DNA of 64,000 nucleotides from Candidatus Eiseniibacteriota bacterium. GTDB lineage: Bacteria > Eisenbacteria > RBG-16-71-46. This document shows positions 21,046-29,294 of the stretch, piece after piece (within the stretch, counting starts at the first letter, position 1; every line of letters starts with the position of its first letter). The DNA is taken from positions 2,816,001 to 2,880,000 of the forward strand of contig OY970178.1 in assembly GCA_963707915.1 (NCBI GenBank), given 5' to 3'. The position numbers and the translations under genes were made by a program. The notes below the pieces were generated by a model. The model was not told where the DNA came from and made no database searches. It saw only the letters and a program-made list of their open reading frames with translations.

Positions 21046-22952
21046 ACCCGGCCGACGACCGTGGCGGCGCGCGGGACCTCGCCCGCGGCCTGGTGGACGC
21101 GCTCGTGCCCGTCCTCCGCGACGTGGCCATGGAGGATGCCGTCGGTCTCGCCGGCGAGGCCGCGCGGAGCCTCGGGCTCTCCGGCCTCGACCAACTGCTC
21201 GCCGCCTGCGCGCCGCACGCGGGGCATCCCTGGCCCGCCGAACTGACGCCCGCGCTCGAACGCGTGCGCCGCCTGGCCACGAGCGCGGTCCAGGCCGGCG
21301 CGCTCGGGCCGTTCCGCGAGGCCGACCGCGAACTGGCCGGACTGGCCGACGAGATCGCCGCACTGCAGTGGAGCCCCGCGCGACGCGCGGGCGCGGACGG
21401 CGGGGCGCGGGTCGCCACGTTGAACCTGGCCGAGACGCTCGACGACCTGGTGCTGGCCGACGACGCCTCGCGCGAGGTCGCGCGCCGCTCGCAGCTGCTG
21501 CCGCCGGTGGCCGCGGCGTTGCGGGCCGCTCTCGACTGGCTCACGAGTGACTCGGGGCGTCCCCTGGTGCTGCGCGCGGAGGACTCGGTGCTCGAGGCCA
21601 CGTGCGAGCGCATCGACTTCGAAGCGCTCACGCCGGCGACCGAGGTGCTCGCCGCGGCGGGGGCGAACCTGGGGCCGGGCACGGACCCGGCCGGCGCGTG
21701 GACGGTGCGGGTGCCGCTCCACACCGGGCGCCGGGTCTACCTGATGCTCGTGCACGGCGGCGTCTCGATCGCGATCCCCTGGCACGCGGTGCTGCGCCTG
21801 CGCATGGCCGGGTCGGCGGAGCTGGCCGACCGCGACAGTCTCGGCGGCTGGCCGGTGATGAACGGCCCGCTCGGCGGCGTCCCGCGGCCCGCGGCCGACG
21901 CGCCCCTCGCGCTGGTGGCGCACGGGCGCAAGCGCGCCTGGCTGGTGGCGGACCGGCTGATCTGGCGGCTGGACGCGGAGACCGTTGCGCCCGTGGAGCG
22001 TTCTCCCGCCGACGGGCTCGTCACGATGGTCGAGACCGAGGAGGGCGAGCACTACTGGCTCGCCGAGCCCGAATGGCTCCTGGCCTCGGTGGAGGCCCCG
22101 TCCCTCGCCCGGCCCGAGCGTGCGGCGGAGCGTGCGGTGGAGCGTGCGCCCGAGCGTGCGCCGGAGCGTGCGCCCGAGCGTGCGCCCGAGCGTGCGCCCG
22201 AGCGTGCGCACCCCGGTGTGCCTGCGCCCGAACCGCCCCCCGTGCCGGGATCGGCGCCGCCGGTGCTGCGCGACGAACATCCCGCGGAGTTCCGGGCCGC
22301 CCCGGTACGGCCCGTGCCCGCCTGGCCCGCGCCCCACCTCTGGTTGTTGACGCCGGAGGACGTCGAGCGCATCGAGGCGGAAGATGCGGAGCCCGTCGAG
22401 GCCGAAGACGCCGAACCCGTCGCGGTCGAGGACGTCGAGCCGGTCCGCGCGCCGGTCCGGCCGCCCGCACCGGTGCCGCCTTCCGGCGGTCCGGCGCGAG
22501 CGCCCGTGCCCGCGGCGGCAGGTCCCGGGGGCCAGGCGCAGCCGGCCACCCCGGGCGCGCCGCCCGCCCGTCGCCCGGTTCTCAGCGCACTGGTGGCGGA
22601 GGACTCGATCACCGCGCGCATCTTCCTCGCCCGGCTCCTCACGCGGCTGGGGTTCGACGTCAGCACGGTGGACACGGCGGCCGCGCTGCGGGCCGAACTG
22701 GAGCGCCGTCCCTGGTCGGTCGCCTGCGTGGACATCGAGTTGCCCGACGAGGCCGGCACGGCCTTCCTCGCCGGGCTCGCGGACCGCCACGGCGCCCGCA
22801 CGCCCTTCGTCGCGCTGGTGCGCGACGCGGAGGACCGCGCGGCCGCCCGGCGCGCCGGCTTCGATCGCATGTTGCGCAAGCCCTTCGACCACCTGGAGCT
22901 CGAGCAGGTCCTCGGCCGCCTCGGCCTCCTGTCCCCGCGGAGCGCGCGATGA
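21042..22952 (+). CDS. CheA-like pseudokinase: degenerate Hpt and HATPase, CheW-like domain, Pro-rich linker, C-terminal receiver
   Basis: ATGA overlap with the MCP-like gene; AARSLGL Hpt remnant; WTVRVPL...IAIPWHAV CheW junction; RKRAWLVADRL; receiver ALVAEDSITAR...VDIELPD...RKPF. Confidence 0.7.
   Translation: MNPADDRGGARDLARGLVDALVPVLRDVAMEDAVGLAGEAARSLGLSGLDQLLAACAPHAGHPWPAELTPALERVRRLATSAVQAGALGPFREADRELAGLADEIAALQWSPARRAGADGGARVATLNLAETLDDLVLADDASREVARRSQLLPPVAAALRAALDWLTSDSGRPLVLRAEDSVLEATCERIDFEALTPATEVLAAAGANLGPGTDPAGAWTVRVPLHTGRRVYLMLVHGGVSIAIPWHAVLRLRMAGSAELADRDSLGGWPVMNGPLGGVPRPAADAPLALVAHGRKRAWLVADRLIWRLDAETVAPVERSPADGLVTMVETEEGEHYWLAEPEWLLASVEAPSLARPERAAERAVERAPERAPERAPERAPERAPERAHPGVPAPEPPPVPGSAPPVLRDEHPAEFRAAPVRPVPAWPAPHLWLLTPEDVERIEAEDAEPVEAEDAEPVAVEDVEPVRAPVRPPAPVPPSGGPARAPVPAAAGPGGQAQPATPGAPPARRPVLSALVAEDSITARIFLARLLTRLGFDVSTVDTAAALRAELERRPWSVACVDIELPDEAGTAFLAGLADRHGARTPFVALVRDAEDRAAARRAGFDRMLRKPFDHLELEQVLGRLGLLSPRSAR
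22113..22208 (+). repeat. Eight tandem 12-bp repeats (nnnGAGCGTGCG) encoding (P/A/V)ERA
   Basis: Units start at 22113, 22125, 22137, 22149, 22161, 22173, 22185 and 22197. Confidence 0.95.
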
Positions 22953-24442
22953 GCGCCGGCCCCGCGGCCGCGCGCGGGCCGGTGGCGGCGCCCTGCGTCC
23001 TGCTGGTGGACGACGACCGCCGCGTCCTCGAGTTGCTGGAGATCGCCTTCACCGCCCACGGGTTCCAGGTGCTCACCGCACCGGACGGCGATGCCGCCAT
23101 CCAGTGCGTGCTGACCCGGCGGCCCGACCTCGTCGTGCTCGACGTGCGGCTGCCGAAGAAGAGCGGGCTGGAGATCTGCGAGTGGCTGCGCCGTGACCCG
23201 GACGACCCGACCGTGCCGGTCATCATGGTCTCCGCCGTCGCGGACGTGGACACCCGGCTGCAGGCGTTCACGCGCGGCGCGGACGACTACCTGACCAAGC
23301 CGTTCTCCCCGAAGGAGCTGATCGCGCGGGCCAAGCGCCTGCTGGCGCGCTCGGTCGAGGCGCGCGCCTCGCGCGCGCGACAGCGCGAGCTCGAGCGCGA
23401 CCTGGCGCACGCGCGCGAGGCGGCCAGCCGTTCCCACGCCGCGACCCAGCACGAACAGCGCCTGCGCGACTTCGAGCGGGGACCGGGCCTGGACCTGCTG
23501 GGCGCGGGCGACGAGGACGAGCTGGCGCGCCGCCTGCTGCCGCTGCTGCGCGTGCGGACGGGCGCGGCCATGGCCGGGCTGCTGCTGCCGGGCAACGACG
23601 GGGAGACGCTGGAGCCCGCGGCGGTGCGCGGCGACGGACCGGAGCGCCTGGCGCCCCTCGCCTTGCCGCGGGCGGGCGCGCTGGCCGGGCTGCTCGCGGG
23701 GCTCGACCGGCCGGTGGTGCGGCGCGACCTCGAGCGCTTCCCCGACCTGGCCCTGGAAGTGGCGCCCTTCGTGGCCGAGGGCGTGGCGTTGCTCGTGCCG
23801 TTGCGCGGGCCCGACGGGCTCGAAGGGCTGGTGGTCCTGGACGAGCGGCGCGACGGGCTCCCGTTCCCGCCGACCGAGCTCGAGGCCGTGGCGAGCCTCG
23901 CCCGCCTCGCGGGGGTCGTTCTGCGTCACGCCCGGCGCGTGCGCGCGCTGGCGGAGCGGGCGCTGGTCGAGCTCGCGGGACGCGAGGTCACCGGGGAGGC
24001 GCGCCGGCGCGCGCGTGCCGAGGCGGGCTGCCTCGTGGAGCGCGCGGGCCGGGCGACGCTGGTGCCGCTGCGCCAGCGCCGGCTGCTGGCGTGCGCCATC
24101 CGGCTGGGACGGGGTGTGGCGGTGGGTGGTGGGGCGGAGGCGCTCGAGCGGCTGGCCGCGGACGACCCGACCGGGCTGGCGCGCGACCTCGTGACGCTCC
24201 TCGCCCGGGCGGAGGCGCCGGCCGGGAGCAGGGCGGATTCCCCCGCGACCGGCGACGACCGGGCGGAGGTGCTCCTCGCGGTGGCGCTGCGGTACGCGGA
24301 CGAACGCGAACGCGAAGCGGACCCGCGATCCTCGCTCTTGCGGGCCCTGGCGGCGGCCGGCGCGCGGCTCGATCCGACCACGCGCCAGGCGCTCGAGGCC
24401 GCGACCCGGGAGCTGGCGCTGCTGGCGGTCGAGGCGGCGTAG
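22949..24442 (+). CDS. Response regulator: receiver, coiled coil, GAF-like domain, degenerate HD-GYP-like domain
   Basis: ATGA overlap; canonical receiver VLLVDDD...VLDVRLP...IMVSA...TKPF; GAF-like LLVPL...LEGLVVL...PF...ELEAV; C-terminus aligns loosely to HD-GYP helices but has no HD or GYP motif. Confidence 0.8.
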   Translation: MSAGPAAARGPVAAPCVLLVDDDRRVLELLEIAFTAHGFQVLTAPDGDAAIQCVLTRRPDLVVLDVRLPKKSGLEICEWLRRDPDDPTVPVIMVSAVADVDTRLQAFTRGADDYLTKPFSPKELIARAKRLLARSVEARASRARQRELERDLAHAREAASRSHAATQHEQRLRDFERGPGLDLLGAGDEDELARRLLPLLRVRTGAAMAGLLLPGNDGETLEPAAVRGDGPERLAPLALPRAGALAGLLAGLDRPVVRRDLERFPDLALEVAPFVAEGVALLVPLRGPDGLEGLVVLDERRDGLPFPPTELEAVASLARLAGVVLRHARRVRALAERALVELAGREVTGEARRRARAEAGCLVERAGRATLVPLRQRRLLACAIRLGRGVAVGGGAEALERLAADDPTGLARDLVTLLARAEAPAGSRADSPATGDDRAEVLLAVALRYADEREREADPRSSLLRALAAAGARLDPTTRQALEAATRELALLAVEAA

Positions 24443-24479
24443 CCCGGGACCGCCGCCCCTTCGCCGGCGAGGGCCGGCG

Positions 24480-26045
24480 CTACCAGCCGAGCACGGACGC
24501 GGGCAGCAGGGCCCGGGTCCGGCGGCGCGAGGCGAGGTTGATCTCCTCGCCGCGCAGGTCGGCCGGGTTCCAGTCGTCGGTGAGCACGCGGCCGCCGGTG
24601 GGCGTGAAGCGGTTGTCCCAGGCGTGCCGGCGCTGCAGCACGCGCCAGTGCTCCTGTTCGTCGGACAGCGAGGTGACCGGATCGCCGAGCCGCTCGGGCG
24701 GGACGTCCAGCGCGCGGTCGCCCGCCACCAGCACCACGTTGCCCAGCTGGTCCGGCGGCTCGGCGGTGGGCAACGCGACGACCTGGCGGAACCGCGTGGC
24801 CAGCGTCGCGGCCGCGGCCCTCACCAGCGGCTCGTCCCAGCCGATCGCCTCGAGGTTCAGCACCAGCGTCCCGCCCGGACGCAGCCGGGCCTTCGCGTCG
24901 GCGAACGCCCCGTCGGTCACGAGGTGGAACGGCACCGAGCCGCTGCCGAAGGCGTCGAGCACGATGAGGTCGAACGTGTCGCGCGAGGCGCGCAGGAAGC
25001 GGCGCCCGTCGGCGACGTGGATGGTGCCGTGGTGCGGCCCGATCTTGAAGAACTCCCGGGCGGCCGCGACCACGCCCGGGTCGATCTCGACCGCGTCCAC
25101 CCGCCACCCGTCCACGGCCAGGACCCGCGCCAGCGAGCCGCCGCCCAGCCCCACCAGCAGGGCGCGGCCCGGGCGCGCGAACGACTCGGTGGCGAGCTCC
25201 GCCGCGAAGACGTACGCCTGCCGCGGGGCGAGGTCCTCCTGTCGCACGATGGTGTGCGTGCCGCCGTCGAGCAGCAGGTAGCGGAGCCCGTCGTGGTCCA
25301 CGACCCGGAGCTCCGCGTAGCGGGTCGGCCGCACCGCCAGGACGCCCGCGGGCAACGGCGCTGCCGCCTGCCGCACCCCCCACACCGCGGCCGCCGCGGC
25401 CGCCACGGACAGCAGCACGGCGACCGCGCCTCCGCGCCCGGCGCCGGCGCGCGCGAGAGCGGCGGTGGCGATCAGCGTCGCGCCGACGACGACCAGCAGC
25501 CGGGTCACGCCGATGCCCGGGATCAGCACGAAGCCGGTGAGCAGCGCTGCGGCCACGCTCGCCATCGTGGAGACCGCGAACACGTCGCCCGAGACCCGGC
25601 CGACCTCCTCCACGCGCCGCGCCGCGAGCCGGATGGCGTACGGGCTCACCATCCCGAGCAGCGCCAGCGGGGGGAAGAACAGCGCGAGCGCGGCGACCAG
25701 CACCGCGGCCCGGAGCCCCAGGCCTTCGCTCGCGGCGAGCAGCGGCGCGCGCAGCCACGGGATCGTCAGCACCCACGCGCCGGCCAGCGCCAGCACCGTC
25801 GAGAGCCGCGCCGCGCGGGGACCGCGGTCGGCCCAGCGGCCGCCCAGCGCGTAGCCGGTCGCGAGCGCGGCGAGGGTCACCGAGATGAGCGCGGACCAGA
25901 CGAACAGGCTCACGCCGTAGAACGGGCCGAGCACGCGCGTGCCGAGGAGCTCGAGCGCCAGCACGCACGCGCCCGACAGCGAGACCACGCCCAGCAGCGC
26001 CGGGCGGCTCATCGCGGCGGGGACGTCGTCGGGGGCGGCGCTCAT
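24480..26045 (-). CDS. Fused membrane (MFS-like) / spermidine-synthase-like SAM-dependent protein
   Basis: SGACVLALELLGTR.L.P.YG.S..VWS; several TM helices; LVGLGGG, VEIDP.V, DGR.FL, D.IVLDAF, LTDDWNP. Confidence 0.9.
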   Translation of the reverse strand: MSAAPDDVPAAMSRPALLGVVSLSGACVLALELLGTRVLGPFYGVSLFVWSALISVTLAALATGYALGGRWADRGPRAARLSTVLALAGAWVLTIPWLRAPLLAASEGLGLRAAVLVAALALFFPPLALLGMVSPYAIRLAARRVEEVGRVSGDVFAVSTMASVAAALLTGFVLIPGIGVTRLLVVVGATLIATAALARAGAGRGGAVAVLLSVAAAAAAVWGVRQAAAPLPAGVLAVRPTRYAELRVVDHDGLRYLLLDGGTHTIVRQEDLAPRQAYVFAAELATESFARPGRALLVGLGGGSLARVLAVDGWRVDAVEIDPGVVAAAREFFKIGPHHGTIHVADGRRFLRASRDTFDLIVLDAFGSGSVPFHLVTDGAFADAKARLRPGGTLVLNLEAIGWDEPLVRAAAATLATRFRQVVALPTAEPPDQLGNVVLVAGDRALDVPPERLGDPVTSLSDEQEHWRVLQRRHAWDNRFTPTGGRVLTDDWNPADLRGEEINLASRRRTRALLPASVLGW

Positions 26046-26413
26046 CGCGCCGAGTCCGGCATCGCCCGGATCTCGCCCGTGACCTCGAGCACGACCGGCC
26101 AGCCTTCCAGGGTCCGCGGGATGCGCTGCTCGAGCGCGGCGTCGCGCCTCGCCAGCATGACCACGATGGCGGGCGCGCCGTCGGGCCGCGCGCCCTGGTA
26201 GGTCCCGACCACTCCGGGGAGGGCCATGAGCTCGGGGGTGTGCGCGGCGAGGACGTCGGCGATCGGGTGTTCGGGCATCGGCGGAGCCTTTCCCGCGGGC
26301 GGGTGCGGCCGGCACGCGGCGATCGTGCCGGCGACGAGGGCGAGGAGAGCGATCGACGCGAAGCGCCCGGTCCGGGACCGGGCGCTCGCGTCACGACGAA
26401 GGTTGGGACTCAC
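26042..26413 (-). CDS. Small lipoprotein homologous to the N-terminal pro-domain of the adjacent protease
   Basis: Lipobox IAA-C; TPELMALPGVVGT...PAIVVM...IPRTLEGWPVVLEVTGEIRAM aligns with the protease N-domain. Confidence 0.75.
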   Translation of the reverse strand: MSPNLRRDASARSRTGRFASIALLALVAGTIAACRPHPPAGKAPPMPEHPIADVLAAHTPELMALPGVVGTYQGARPDGAPAIVVMLARRDAALEQRIPRTLEGWPVVLEVTGEIRAMPDSAR

Positions 26414-26437
26414 GACGGCGGAGGGTCCGGCCGGGGC

Positions 26438-27580
26438 TCAGTTCCCCACCATCGTCACGCCCAGGTGGCTCAGCACGCTCCCGATCGGGTTGGCGATCGC
26501 CGTGGTGCTGCTGCCGGCGAACAACAGGCCGATGGCGCGCGGCCTGGTCGTGACGTCCTCGACCATCAGCGAGCCGGAGTCACCCGAGTTGAGGAACTTG
26601 CTCCGGCTGTTCGCGATGACGATCTGGCCGGTGAAGGTCTTGGTGAAGCTCGTGCCGCCGCACTCGGTCGAGTAGCCCACGCTGATCGTGGCGTTGAGAC
26701 CGCTGACCTTGCTGCGGGTGAGGCCGGTCGTGCGCCCGCTCTTCTTGACCAACTGGCCCACCGAGGCCGCCACGGTCGAGGCGGAGATCGTGCCGATCTC
26801 GAGGATGGCGCCGTCGGTGCGCACCATGGCGGTGCGGACCTGCGCGATCGCGCAGTCCACGTTCGGCGTCGAGGCCGGCGGATAGAGCGTGGAGAGCGAC
26901 GAGAGGTCCGCCACGAGGTTCGCCCCCGAGGCGCTGCAGGCGTTGTCGATGAAGCCCGGCTGCGTGATGTCGTCGCCGATCGCCGACACCTTGCGGTTGC
27001 CGCCGGACACGACGTCGCCCGCGAACACGTGGCTGTTGCTGAGGATGTACTGCGTCCCGTTCTTCTGGACCAGCGCGCCGAGCGTGCCGCTGCAGCAGTA
27101 GCCGTTCGCCAGGTCGGTCACCGAGCCGCCCGAGGTGCCGAGCTGGATCGGGGGCGTCTGCCTGGCGGTGTGGCTCACCGTCGTGCCGCCGCTCTTCATC
27201 GCCACGATCTTCCCCGTGACCTCCTCGATCACCGGGTAGCCGTCGAGCGTGGCCGGCAGCCGGCCGGCGGGCAGGGCGCTCTCGGTCATCACCATGATGG
27301 CGGGCTGGCCGGCGGCGTTCACGGTGACCGCGGTGCCGACCACGCCCTGGAAGCGCATCAACTCGGGCGTGCGCGTGTTCTGGACCCGCATGGCGGCCTG
27401 GGCGGCGGGGTCGTCGTAGCGGAGGACGAACGTGCCGCCGGACGCCGCGTCTCCCAGCCCGGAGGGACCGGTGACCAGGTCGGACTTCTTGCTGCATCCC
27501 GCCATCAGGCTGCCGAACGCGAGCAGCGCGACCACGAGAGCGAGGGGACCGATCCACGAACGTGGGACGCGGCGCAGCAT
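26438..27580 (-). CDS. Lipoprotein trypsin-like (clan PA, S1/Nal1-like) serine protease with N-terminal pro-domain
   Basis: AAGGAGG RBS; lipobox MAG-C; GTLGA, triad motifs LSNSHV (His), VDCAIA (Asp), GDSGS (Ser); KSGRTTGLT; GLLFAG. Confidence 0.88.
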   Translation of the reverse strand: MLRRVPRSWIGPLALVVALLAFGSLMAGCSKKSDLVTGPSGLGDAASGGTFVLRYDDPAAQAAMRVQNTRTPELMRFQGVVGTAVTVNAAGQPAIMVMTESALPAGRLPATLDGYPVIEEVTGKIVAMKSGGTTVSHTARQTPPIQLGTSGGSVTDLANGYCCSGTLGALVQKNGTQYILSNSHVFAGDVVSGGNRKVSAIGDDITQPGFIDNACSASGANLVADLSSLSTLYPPASTPNVDCAIAQVRTAMVRTDGAILEIGTISASTVAASVGQLVKKSGRTTGLTRSKVSGLNATISVGYSTECGGTSFTKTFTGQIVIANSRSKFLNSGDSGSLMVEDVTTRPRAIGLLFAGSSTTAIANPIGSVLSHLGVTMVGN

Positions 27581-27746
27581 GGGGACCTCCTTGGGGAAGG
27601 GGAGACCTGCGCGTGATGCCCGGCCGGCGGGATGTCGGCCAGCGTCGCGCAGTCTCCACCCCGGCGGGACCGGGTTCAACAGGATTCTTGGCCGGCACGG
27701 CCCGGCCGGGCCGGGGGACGCCCGGCCCGGCCGCGGTCGCCGCCTG

Positions 27747-28355
27747 CTACGGCTGTGCCGGCGCGGGGGCGGGCGCCTGGCGGATCCCGCCGAAGTCCAG
27801 CTTCGGCGTGGCCTTCGCCTCCTCGGCCACCGGGTAGTACGGCTCTTCCTTGAACCCCAGCGCGCCCGCGTAGAGGTTGGTCGGGAAGCGCTTCACCATG
27901 ACGTTGTAGCCCTGCACCACCTCGTTGTAGCGCATGCGCGCGACGGCGAGCCGGTTCTCGATGCCGCTGATCTCGTCCATCAGGCCCATGAACGCCTCGT
28001 TGCTCCGGAGCTGGGGGTAGTTCTCCACCACCACCAGCAGCCGCGACAGCGCCGAGGTCGTCGCCTGGTCGGCGGCGATCCGCTCGTCGGTGGTGCGGGC
28101 GCCGCCGAGCGCGGCCCGGGCCTTGGCGATGTCGCCGAAGACCTGCTGTTCCTGAAACGCGGTCCCCTTCACGGTCTCGGCCAGGTTCCCGAGCTTCGAG
28201 CTGCGCGCCTGGAGCTGGTTGTTCACCTCCGCCCAGCCGTTCCTCACGCTCTCGCGAACGGTCACGAGGTTGTTGTAGCTGCCGAACAGCCGTCCCGCGA
28301 TCATGATGATCACGAGCGCCACGACCGCCAGGATGATCAGGCCACTGCGCTTCAT
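27747..28355 (-). CDS. lemA: LemA family protein
   Basis: N-terminal TM helix, YNNLV, ENYPQLRSN..F..L..E....ENR..VAR.RYN..V..YN, FPTN. Confidence 0.93.
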   Translation of the reverse strand: MKRSGLIILAVVALVIIMIAGRLFGSYNNLVTVRESVRNGWAEVNNQLQARSSKLGNLAETVKGTAFQEQQVFGDIAKARAALGGARTTDERIAADQATTSALSRLLVVVENYPQLRSNEAFMGLMDEISGIENRLAVARMRYNEVVQGYNVMVKRFPTNLYAGALGFKEEPYYPVAEEAKATPKLDFGGIRQAPAPAPAQP

Positions 28356-28409
28356 GCCGGCTCTCCTTTCGTTTCGGTCACGCCCGGCGACCCGCCGGAC
28401 GATTGCAGA

Positions 28410-29294
28410 CTACCATCCGCCGCTTCCGCCACCCCCGCCGCTCCCGAATCCGCCTCCGCCGCCGAACCCGCCGAAGCTGGCGCCGCCGCCCGAGCCGCCG
28501 CCCCCGAAGCCGCCGCCGCCGAACCCGCCGAACGAGCCGGGGCCCATCCACCACCAGCCGCTGCCGCGTCCGCGGCGCCCGCCGCCGATCCGCGGGATCA
28601 TGCCGAACAGCACCATCACCACGACGAACACCACGGTCGCCAGCGGGAAGTCGCCGCCGCCCCGGCGGCCGCTCGAGTAGCGCAGCTCGCGTCCGTCCCA
28701 CTCGAGCGTCACGCCGCGGTCCTTGGCGATGATGCTCGAGACCCGCAGCACCGCGGCGGTGATGCCGCCCGCGAGGTCGCCGGCCCGGAAGCGCGGGGTC
28801 ATCTCGTCGCGGATGATCCGCGCCTCGAGGCCGTCGGGCAGGATGCCCTCGAGCTCGTAGCCGGTCTCGAAGGCGATCTTGCGCTCCTCCAGCGCCACGA
28901 GCAGCAACAGGCTGGTGCGGTTGCCGTGGAACCAGCGCTGGTAGGCCTCGGTCTTGTACTGGATCGGGTCGAGCGGCGCGGTGGTCCGCAGCGTGAGCAC
29001 CGCGAACTGCACGCCGGTCTTGCGCTTCACCTGGTCGAGGAACCCCTCGAGCCGGGCGCGGGCGTCGCCGTCCATCGCGCCGGCGCGGTCGTTCACGAAG
29101 CCGGTGGGCGCCGGGATGGCCGTGTCGGCGGGGGCGGCGTCCGGCGCACCCGGCGCGGACGGCGCCGGGCCCGCGTCCGCGACCGGTGCGCCGCGGGCGC
29201 CCGCCGGCTCGTCCTGCGGCCACGCGCCCGCGGGCGCCAGCAGGAACGACGCGGACAGGAGCAGGATGCGGAAGGTGCGGCGGCAGGCGCTCAG
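28410..29294 (-). CDS. TPM (YgcG/Psb32-like) domain protein with C-terminal TM helix and Gly-rich tail
   Basis: VNDRAG.M, Q.AVLT, IETGY.LEG.LPD-like, P.FR.GD..GG, FGGFGGG tail; start uncertain (in-frame CTG overlapping the upstream TGA). Confidence 0.88.
   Translation of the reverse strand: MSACRRTFRILLLSASFLLAPAGAWPQDEPAGARGAPVADAGPAPSAPGAPDAAPADTAIPAPTGFVNDRAGAMDGDARARLEGFLDQVKRKTGVQFAVLTLRTTAPLDPIQYKTEAYQRWFHGNRTSLLLLVALEERKIAFETGYELEGILPDGLEARIIRDEMTPRFRAGDLAGGITAAVLRVSSIIAKDRGVTLEWDGRELRYSSGRRGGGDFPLATVVFVVVMVLFGMIPRIGGGRRGRGSGWWWMGPGSFGGFGGGGFGGGGSGGGASFGGFGGGGGFGSGGGGGSGGW

Noticed and set aside
22113..22208. Tandem repeat as a possible CRISPR array
   Set aside because: Contiguous 12-bp in-frame units without unique spacers, and no cas genes in the window.
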